A stretch of 41,164 nt of DNA from a virus. Its lineage: Duplodnaviria; Caudoviricetes. The translations under genes and the position numbers were made by a program. Every line of letters starts with the position of its first letter. Position 1 is the stretch's first letter. Positions 24,453 to 31,833 of this stretch are shown here, one piece after another. A model generated the notes under the pieces. The model was not told where the DNA came from. It searched no databases and saw only the letters and a list, made by a program, of their open reading frames with translations. The DNA lies in the IMG/VR virus record IMGVR_UViG_3300044454_000105, positions 1 to 41,164 of that record. One strand, given 5' to 3'.

Positions 24453-25592
24453 ATGCGTATCATGTGGCTTTCTAACGCCCCGTGGTCGCCCAGCGGCTAT
24501 GGGCAGCAGTCGGGAATATTTCTCCCCCGGCTGGCAGACCTGGGGCACACAATGGCGGTAACGTGCTTTTATGGGTTGGAAGGCGGGCAAGTCAACTTCG
24601 GTAAATTTATCTGCTTTCCTAAAGGTGGTCATCCCTATGGCAACGACATCGCATGGCAGAACGCAAAGATCGGGTTCGGCGCGGATATCATGATTTCCTT
24701 GATGGACACTTGGGTAATGAACCCGGAAGAATATCCGCCCGGCTTCCGCTGGGTTCCGTGGTATCCGGTAGATTCTGACCCCATGCCGCCGATTATCAGG
24801 GGTAAATTGTCGCTTGCCCACAAGCGCATCTCGATCAGTATGCACGGGGTCAAGATGACGCACAACGCCGGGCTGGACTGCTATTACATCCCGCACGGGA
24901 TTGAAACCAAGCTGTTCAAGCCGATGGACAAGAAAGAGAGCCGGGCAAAGTTGGGACTGCCTCAGGATAAATACGTGGTAGGAACCGTGGCGATGAACAA
25001 AGGCAACCCTAGCCGGAAGTGCTTGGCAGAGATGATGGAAGCCTTTGCGCGTTTTCACAGGCGACACCCGGACAGCCTGTATCTGTTGCAATCCGGCACG
25101 GGCGAGAACCAAATGGATTTGGTCAACCTGCCGGAGCTGGCGCGCGTCCTGGGCTTGCAAGTTGGGGTGGATGTGATCTTTCCCGATCAGTACGCGCTCT
25201 TCCTGGGCTTCCCGCAAGACATGATCGCCACCGTCTATAACTGTATGGATGTGCATCTCATCACCACGCGCGGCGAAGGGTTTGGCATCCCGATTTTGGA
25301 AGCGCAGGCTTGCGGCGTGCCGGTCATCACCGGCGACTGGACGGCATGCAAAGAATTGTTTTGGGCCGGGCAGCTCCTTGACAAGGAGAAAGACGCAGAG
25401 CGCGAGTACACCGGGCTTGCCAGCTACAACTTCCGCCCGCATATCAGCGCCATTGACGCGGCGCTTGAAGAAGAATACCGGAACCCATCCGATACCCAAT
25501 GGGCGGTGGAATGCGCTAGGAACTACGATGCTGATCTCGTCACCGAGAAATACTGGAAACCCACCCTGGCAGAAATCGAGGCGTCGCTATGA
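24453..25592 (+). CDS. GT-B glycosyltransferase (GT4-like)
   Basis: MRIMWLSNAP..SGYG, IPHGIET, EGFGIPILEAQACGVPVI (Ex7E). Confidence 0.92.
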   Translation: MRIMWLSNAPWSPSGYGQQSGIFLPRLADLGHTMAVTCFYGLEGGQVNFGKFICFPKGGHPYGNDIAWQNAKIGFGADIMISLMDTWVMNPEEYPPGFRWVPWYPVDSDPMPPIIRGKLSLAHKRISISMHGVKMTHNAGLDCYYIPHGIETKLFKPMDKKESRAKLGLPQDKYVVGTVAMNKGNPSRKCLAEMMEAFARFHRRHPDSLYLLQSGTGENQMDLVNLPELARVLGLQVGVDVIFPDQYALFLGFPQDMIATVYNCMDVHLITTRGEGFGIPILEAQACGVPVITGDWTACKELFWAGQLLDKEKDAEREYTGLASYNFRPHISAIDAALEEEYRNPSDTQWAVECARNYDADLVTEKYWKPTLAEIEASL

Positions 25593-26248
25593 AGCCGAAG
25601 CCGAAAGACGCCGTAATCTTGCAACAGGGCTGGCCCGAAGCCGGGCCGTTTGCCGATATGATGCGCCTGACCTACCAGCGCCACGCCGCCTATGCAATGG
25701 CGCACGGGATGGAATACTGGGCGGTCAACGCCTTTATCCAGCCTGACCTATGGCCCGGCGGGTGGGGCAAGATATGGTTACTCCGCCAGTTATGTGATCA
25801 GCATTACGAGCATATCTTTTGGGTGGATGCAGACGCAGCCATTATGGATATGGAATGTGACCTGAGAAGCGCCCTGCCGGAAGGCAAGCTGATCGGCGCA
25901 TGTGAACATTGGGCAGAGTGGTTCCCATCGCTGGATATCCCCCGCCATTACAACGTGGGGGTGTTGTACTTGCGGAACGACCCGCGCACGCGTGAATTCT
26001 TGGATGAGTGGTACGCTGCCTATCCGGGGCATCCCCGCTGGTTGGATCAGGGCAGCTTCAACGAAATGGTAACGGGCAAATATGCCAGTATCTTTGCCAG
26101 CCTGGACGCAAGATGGAACGCGACCTATCGGGTAAACGAGTGTGAAAGACCTTGTGTCCAGGCATGGCATGGAGTCATGCCGGAAGCCAAGCGCTTCGGC
26201 ATGATGTCAAATTTATTACGAGATGACTTCTTGAGATTTAGAGTATAG
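25589..26248 (+). CDS. GT-A glycosyltransferase (GMA12/MNN10, GT34-like)
   Basis: WGKI, FWVDADA (DxD), NVGVLYLRN, WLDQGSFN, RWNA. Confidence 0.8.
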   Translation: MKPKPKDAVILQQGWPEAGPFADMMRLTYQRHAAYAMAHGMEYWAVNAFIQPDLWPGGWGKIWLLRQLCDQHYEHIFWVDADAAIMDMECDLRSALPEGKLIGACEHWAEWFPSLDIPRHYNVGVLYLRNDPRTREFLDEWYAAYPGHPRWLDQGSFNEMVTGKYASIFASLDARWNATYRVNECERPCVQAWHGVMPEAKRFGMMSNLLRDDFLRFRV

Positions 26249-26257
26249 GAGTAGACA

Positions 26258-26635
26258 ATGGCTAAATGGGCTTACAACGGGATTGCAGATTACGGGCTGA
26301 ATGGTGGATTTCAACAGGTGGCAAATCGGGTTTGTATTGCCACAGCGCAGCCTGCGACTTATGCGAACTTTGGCGCGTATGCAGTCGGTACCCTGGCATG
26401 TGCAAGCGCGAACTTTACGCTTGGCACGGGTGACACCAACGGGCGAAAACTGACCTACGGCCCGGCTACCATCGTGGTCGGCACAACCGGCACAGTCACC
26501 AATATCTGTTTCGCAGCCACGACCGGGAGCGGTACGCTGGTCTTCGTGGGCACATGCGCCCCGACCGCCGTGACCGCCGCGGGTACGGTGGTTCTTGCGG
26601 CCTGGGATGTAGACGAGATCAACGACCCGACTTAG
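26258..26635 (+). CDS. Putative virion structural protein
   Basis: 125 aa Thr/Gly/Ala-rich; AGGAG RBS; within the head-neck module. Confidence 0.7.
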   Translation: MAKWAYNGIADYGLNGGFQQVANRVCIATAQPATYANFGAYAVGTLACASANFTLGTGDTNGRKLTYGPATIVVGTTGTVTNICFAATTGSGTLVFVGTCAPTAVTAAGTVVLAAWDVDEINDPT

Positions 26636-26641
26636 GCGAAT

Positions 26642-26947
26642 ATGGCAAAAGCAGTCGCAATGAGCATCGGGATACCGGGAACGGAAATCTCGATTAATTA
26701 CAACACTTCCAATCTGCGGATCACCTCCGTAGATTGGTCTATCCCGCAATCGGGGATTGTGGCGCGTGCGCGCATTTGGGACGATGGCAACCTGGTTTAT
26801 GACCGGACGGTCGCCGGTCCTGCTACCGGCAGTGAAAATGTTCCCGGTCAATATCGCGTGCGCCAGGTGACAGAAGATGGGCAGACTTTTTTTGACTTAC
26901 CCGCTAGTCTGACTTATACCATCAATGTAGAAACGATAGGCGGGTAG
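26642..26947 (+). CDS. Hypothetical protein, probably structural
   Basis: 101 aa, beta-rich, in the late operon. Confidence 0.65.
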   Translation: MAKAVAMSIGIPGTEISINYNTSNLRITSVDWSIPQSGIVARARIWDDGNLVYDRTVAGPATGSENVPGQYRVRQVTEDGQTFFDLPASLTYTINVETIGG

Positions 26948-26955
26948 GCGGGTAA

Positions 26956-28959
26956 ATGGCCCCTGTTCATGTCCAAACCCAAGTTGCCAGCGGAACCGCC
27001 GCGCTTGGAACCCTCACCTACAGCAGCTTCGCGGTAGGAAGCGGCTCTAATCGCTCGCTGGTTGCCTATGTGCTTTGGCGTGATGACACAGGAGTAGCGC
27101 CTCCCACGGTTTCATCGGTTGTCTTTGGGACAGCCGCGCTCACCTACCGGAATCGCAGCCGCCTGAATTATGCGGGCGATAACTATCTAACCGCTGAAAT
27201 CTGGACGTTGGACAACCCCGCCAATACTACTGCGAATGTTCAGGCAGTTCTTTCTGAGACCATAGACGCGCAAGACGGCGCGGCAATGGTGGTGAGCGAA
27301 TATACCGGGGCGAATAGTGGCGTAGGAACGGCTTATGGAGCCGCAACGGGAAGCGGCACGGCCCCGCTGGTAACATTCTCTAGCACAACGGCTACCGGGG
27401 TGATCCTGGCAGGCATCGCCCAGGCATACGGCAACCCCGGATCTTATACCGCTGGGGCCAATACCACAGAGCGAGCAGATGGGCAAGTTGGCGCGGGCGG
27501 TCTGGATTACTTCGCCGGGGAAGAGCCATCCTGGGGAGTATCCACCGCAGGAACGATTGATGCTACTCATACAGACAGCACCCGTTGGGCCATCGTAGCC
27601 GTAGAGCTTTTGGCCGCGGCGGGCGGGCCAACGAGTATCACCGTCACCGACAGCAACCAGGCGCAGAGAAGTGATGCTGCCGGATTGACCACCATCCTCC
27701 AGCCCGCAGAGGGCGCGCAGGCGCAGACCAGCGATCCGGTATATTTGATTGTTTTCCTATTGCCTGCCGAAGCGGTCCAGGCGCAGAAATCCGACGTCGC
27801 GCCCATTGCGGCGATATATGCCATTGCTACGGCGGAGAATAGCCAGGCGCAAACTTCCGATGCGGCAGTAGTTAGTTTCAGCGGTGGCGGTGCGCTGTTT
27901 AATATCACCCCGACAGACGCCGCACAAGGGCAAGCGAGTGACCCGGCGATATTGGGAGTCTTTACCCCGATTGCCCCCGCTCAGGCCAATCAAGCGCAGG
28001 CGAGTGATCCATCGTCCTTTGGCGTCGTCCACCCGTTAGCCGTGTCGCAAGCAAACCAGGCGCAAGGCTCGGATGCGGCAATATTGGGAGTCTCCACTCC
28101 CATCACCGCAGACCAGGCCAACCAAGCCCAGGCAAGTGACGCGGCGGGGATGGGGGTATACACGCCCATTGCTCCTGACCAGGACTATCAGGCCCAGGTA
28201 AGCGACGCATCGACATTCGGGGTTATTCACCCGATTTCCCCCGCGCAAGCAAACCAGGCCCAGGCCAGCGATTTAGCCACGCTTACCCAGGCGGGCGAAA
28301 CGGGCATTACCACCGCTCAGGCAAACCAGGCGCAGGTAAGCGACGCCGCCACCCTTGCGGCGGTCTATCCGGTCACGGTCGACGAAGGTCACCAGTCCCA
28401 ATCGAGCGACCCGGCGGTACTCGGAGTCTTTACCCCTGCCACGGTAGCCCAGGCCAATCAAGCGCAAACCAGCGATGCAGCGGGCGTCACCTTCTTTAGC
28501 GGCGGCGGGACGTTCAATATCACCGTCACCGATAGCTGGCAGGTGCAAGGCTCAGACTCCGCAAGCATCACGGCGATCTCTCCGATTGCCCCGGATCAGG
28601 ATTACCAGGCGCAAGTGAGTGACGCCGCGCCTATCAGCGCACAGGGGCCGACTGCTACCATTGCCGTAACCGATGCAAATCAGGCGCAAGCCTCGGATGC
28701 GGTAACTCTGACGGTGGTGTACCTGCTCACCACCACGGGCGCATGGCAGGCGCAAATGAGCGATGCGGCTTCGCTATCCATCGGCGGGTTGATTGACCAC
28801 GGCACGCGCAAGCTGCACGCCCTCCCGGTGCGCGGAAATAGCGTCTTTGCTGCACGTCCCACCCATGCCACGAACACCCGCGCCGATAGCGTCTTTGCCG
28901 CCCGCCCCACGCATACACCAGGCACACGCACGGATTATGAGGTAGACGATGGCGATTGA
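26956..28959 (+). CDS. Fibre-like protein: N-terminal globular domain plus 17 QxQxSD repeats of 20-27 aa
   Basis: Repeats counted in the translation; position between head and neck genes. Confidence 0.75.
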   Translation: MAPVHVQTQVASGTAALGTLTYSSFAVGSGSNRSLVAYVLWRDDTGVAPPTVSSVVFGTAALTYRNRSRLNYAGDNYLTAEIWTLDNPANTTANVQAVLSETIDAQDGAAMVVSEYTGANSGVGTAYGAATGSGTAPLVTFSSTTATGVILAGIAQAYGNPGSYTAGANTTERADGQVGAGGLDYFAGEEPSWGVSTAGTIDATHTDSTRWAIVAVELLAAAGGPTSITVTDSNQAQRSDAAGLTTILQPAEGAQAQTSDPVYLIVFLLPAEAVQAQKSDVAPIAAIYAIATAENSQAQTSDAAVVSFSGGGALFNITPTDAAQGQASDPAILGVFTPIAPAQANQAQASDPSSFGVVHPLAVSQANQAQGSDAAILGVSTPITADQANQAQASDAAGMGVYTPIAPDQDYQAQVSDASTFGVIHPISPAQANQAQASDLATLTQAGETGITTAQANQAQVSDAATLAAVYPVTVDEGHQSQSSDPAVLGVFTPATVAQANQAQTSDAAGVTFFSGGGTFNITVTDSWQVQGSDSASITAISPIAPDQDYQAQVSDAAPISAQGPTATIAVTDANQAQASDAVTLTVVYLLTTTGAWQAQMSDAASLSIGGLIDHGTRKLHALPVRGNSVFAARPTHATNTRADSVFAARPTHTPGTRTDYEVDDGD

Positions 28960-29857
28960 TATCAATGCAACCCCGCAAGCTACAACCGAAAAGCGCACGC
29001 ATTTTATCGACTTCACTAAGGATTTACCGGACGGGATCACGGTTTCGAGCGCCGTGGCCGGAACGGTCACATTTCCTACCAGCGGCACGGCAGCCCTGGC
29101 GGTGGGGGCGATTGCATCCAATGTAGTGCCCCTGACCGTGACCAACCCCGCGCCCGCAGGCGAGTACGTGGTATCGGTGACGGCGACTCTCTCCGATGCG
29201 GAGACGGTTGTCGCCTATCTGCATATCCCGGTAAGCTGGAAAGCCACCCGCGCCGGGATGGAATATTTGATCGCAGAACTGAGGGGCATGACCGATACCG
29301 GCTTCGATGATTTCAAAGTGGCAGGCGTACCGTATTGGAGTGACAAACATTTGCAAGATGCCCTGGACAAACATCGCAGCGATTTTATCGAGGAGAACCT
29401 TTACCCGGTGCAACAGTCCCGCCTTGGCACGGCTTATTATCTCGATTACAAATCACAGTATGGCAACCTGGAGACGGTGGATAGCGGCACGGCGATATTT
29501 AAACTGGATAACGCCGCGGGGACCAACATGCCGGGGACCATGTGGGCAGCCGATTACCAGCGCGGGGTAGTGACGTTCAACGCCGATACCTTAGGGTCAA
29601 GCATGATCCTGACCGGGCGAAGTTATGACCTGAACGCAGCCGCGGCGGATGTCTGGCGGTACAAAGCCGCCAACGCCGCCAAGATGTATAGTTTTAGCGC
29701 GGATGGGCAATCGTTCCAGCGCAACCAGTTCTTGCAGGCCTGTTTGCAGATGGCAAGTTATTACGAAGGCCAGGCGGCGCCCACCAACATTTCGACCTTC
29801 CGCGGGGATGTCAACCCGGTGGGATTGGAGTATCACGATGAGCAACTATCTGACTGA
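28949..29857 (+). CDS. Head-tail adaptor-like protein with an extra N-terminal beta domain
   Basis: LIAELR..YDLNAAAADVWRYKAA..YSFSADGQSF adaptor-like pattern; gene position. Confidence 0.7.
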   Translation: MAIDINATPQATTEKRTHFIDFTKDLPDGITVSSAVAGTVTFPTSGTAALAVGAIASNVVPLTVTNPAPAGEYVVSVTATLSDAETVVAYLHIPVSWKATRAGMEYLIAELRGMTDTGFDDFKVAGVPYWSDKHLQDALDKHRSDFIEENLYPVQQSRLGTAYYLDYKSQYGNLETVDSGTAIFKLDNAAGTNMPGTMWAADYQRGVVTFNADTLGSSMILTGRSYDLNAAAADVWRYKAANAAKMYSFSADGQSFQRNQFLQACLQMASYYEGQAAPTNISTFRGDVNPVGLEYHDEQLSD

Positions 29858-30203
29858 CGCAGAGTTGGCATCCATGCGCGCCAGTCTAGAAGATGTGGCC
29901 CTGCCGGACGTGTGCAACATTTTGAGCGTCACCCGCACCCCTGACGGGCAGGGCGGGTTTACCGACTCCTGGGGTACGGCAAGTACAAGCGTCCCTTGCC
30001 GGTTGCACTACTCGCAGGGGGTAGAGACCGTAGCCGGGGGCGGGCTGAAAGCGTTTTCGGGTTGGGTATTGACCCTGCCGTATGCCACGACCATCAGCGC
30101 CGCCAACCGGGTAGAAGTGGGAAGCGATACCTACTCCGTGACATCGGTAGACAGCGGCAAGAGTTGGTCAACCTGCATCCGGGTAAAGCTGGCAAAACTA
30201 TGA
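29838..30203 (+). CDS. Head closure protein
   Basis: PDGQGGFTDSW..VPCRL..LTLPY..V...Y.V. Confidence 0.8.
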   Translation: MSNYLTDAELASMRASLEDVALPDVCNILSVTRTPDGQGGFTDSWGTASTSVPCRLHYSQGVETVAGGGLKAFSGWVLTLPYATTISAANRVEVGSDTYSVTSVDSGKSWSTCIRVKLAKL

Positions 30204-30580
30204 GCGTAGAATTTCAACTCGATACCCGCAAGCTGGATCAGATCATGAATCAACTCGACTACAACACCGATCAAGTAGTCGGTTGGCTGGCGAAGCAGGT
30301 AGAAGCGCAAACGAAAGTGAATATTGCGCAAATCCCCCTGATTGACACCGGCGCGCTATGGAATTCGATTACGGCAAAACAGCAACATTTGGGAGTGTGG
30401 GATGTGTATGACGGTGTGGAATACGGGATATTTTGGGAGTTAGGGCATCGCACCCGTGCGTTTACGAAAAGTTTCGGGGCGCAAAACTGGATACCCGCCC
30501 GCCCATTTATGGTCCCCGCCTGCGAGAAAATCGCCCACGACCTGAACAGCGGGCGCACCTGGGAGCGTCTATTCAAATGA
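30200..30580 (+). CDS. HK97 gp10-like tail completion protein
   Basis: DTGALWNSI..YG.FWELG..PARPFMVPA. Confidence 0.85.
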   Translation: MSVEFQLDTRKLDQIMNQLDYNTDQVVGWLAKQVEAQTKVNIAQIPLIDTGALWNSITAKQQHLGVWDVYDGVEYGIFWELGHRTRAFTKSFGAQNWIPARPFMVPACEKIAHDLNSGRTWERLFK

Positions 30581-30996
30581 GCATCTTATCGAACACGGCA
30601 GCGGCGTTATACACCACCCTGGCGGGCGGAACGGCTTTGACGGCGCTCCTGAGCAATGGAACCGCCGGCATTTACGAAGGCGCACCCTACGAAGGGGCGG
30701 CCTACGATTACGTCATCTACCACCACCAGGGCGGCGGGCCAGACAATATCAACCCGTCCGACATGGAAAATAACGTGTGGGCGGTGCAATGCTTCTCTGC
30801 CACCAGCGCCAAGGCAGCCGGGGCCATCTTCGACCAGGCAGATGCGCTCTTGCACAAAAAGACGCTGACGATTGGCTCTGCCGTCAATATGTGGACGGTG
30901 CGGGAGACAAATATCAAACTGTTGGAACATGCCCCGGACGGGCGCATCGTATGGCGCGCCGGGGGCATTTATCGAATCCGAACAACTGGTACATAG
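30577..30996 (+). CDS. Tail terminator protein
   Basis: ALY..L..IYEGAP..YDYVIY; position before the tail tube gene. Confidence 0.75.
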   Translation: MSILSNTAAALYTTLAGGTALTALLSNGTAGIYEGAPYEGAAYDYVIYHHQGGGPDNINPSDMENNVWAVQCFSATSAKAAGAIFDQADALLHKKTLTIGSAVNMWTVRETNIKLLEHAPDGRIVWRAGGIYRIRTTGT

Positions 30997-31005
30997 GAGA
31001 TAACA

Positions 31006-31419
31006 ATGGCTAATAATGAGTTTATTGGTTCAAGTTTGTGGGCGCAATGGGTTTCATCCGGCGGAACGGTGCAACTGGATACCGAGTATCGCAATTTCCA
31101 GTACACCCCTTCCCTGGACACGGTAGACGTTACCGCCGGGGCAGATTCCGGCAAACGTTGGATCAACTCTTTCAAATCCGGCAACGCCAAGATTACGATG
31201 ATGATGCAGAACGACATGGGAACGGCCTGGCCTGCCCTGTGCGCTGAAGGCATCATGGGAACCCTGACTTGGGGCGAAGCCGGGACCGCGGCGGGCAAGG
31301 CAAAAGTCACCTTACCGTCAATGTGCCTGGGCATGACCCGCACCATCGTTTACAACGACGCCGTATCGGTGGAAATCAACTGGGTACAGAACGGTGGACG
31401 GACAGACGGGACATTCTAA
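31006..31419 (+). CDS. Major tail tube protein
   Basis: 137 aa; DTVDVTAG..KRWI pattern; AGGAG RBS; position. Confidence 0.78.
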   Translation: MANNEFIGSSLWAQWVSSGGTVQLDTEYRNFQYTPSLDTVDVTAGADSGKRWINSFKSGNAKITMMMQNDMGTAWPALCAEGIMGTLTWGEAGTAAGKAKVTLPSMCLGMTRTIVYNDAVSVEINWVQNGGRTDGTF

Positions 31420-31420
31420 G

Positions 31421-31651
31421 ATGAGTGATGTCACGTTATCTAGCGGCAAAGAGATAACCTTTGACCTATATCAAATGTCGGTTCGGGAGTGGGACAGGCT
31501 GATCGATCCCGCACAATCCAAGCAAGAAGAGCGCGCAATCCTGGCAAAGGTGAGTAGCTTGACGGTGGATGAGATCGAAAGCCTGCCCTATCCCGATTAC
31601 CACAAGATTACCGCTGCATTTGTGGAGCGATGCCGGAACCCTTTAGCGTGA
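31421..31651 (+). CDS. Tail assembly chaperone (G)
   Basis: Short ORF before the tape measure gene, ending at a slippery heptamer. Confidence 0.78.
   Translation: MSDVTLSSGKEITFDLYQMSVREWDRLIDPAQSKQEERAILAKVSSLTVDEIESLPYPDYHKITAAFVERCRNPLA
31639..31645 (+). other. Programmed -1 ribosomal frameshift site C CCT TTA
   Basis: X XXY YYZ heptamer in frame just before the G stop; the -1 frame is open to 31833. Confidence 0.8.
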
Positions 31652-31833
31652 CCGCGTTCCCGCTGGCGATTTATGAACACCTGAAATTTGGTGCGCCAGC
31701 GCCGGGGCGCTATCTCTATTGGCTGCTGGCAGAGCGCACGGGCTGGACGCTGGAATATATTGAAAGCCTGCCGCTCGGAACGTTCCACGAATGGCTGCAG
31801 GTGATGGACGCACGCGGAAAGGCAAGTAAATAG
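31639..31833 (+). CDS. Tail assembly chaperone frameshift extension (GT)
   Basis: LAERTGWTLEYIESLP pattern; -1 frame of G. Confidence 0.75.
   Translation, partial: PFSVTAFPLAIYEHLKFGAPAPGRYLYWLLAERTGWTLEYIESLPLGTFHEWLQVMDARGKASK

Noticed and set aside
24357-25499. Long antisense ORFs (380 aa here; also 12161-12874, 17537-18241, 6299-6961, 26216-26851)
   Set aside because: Shadow frames of well-supported plus-strand genes in GC-rich DNA; no motifs or RBS
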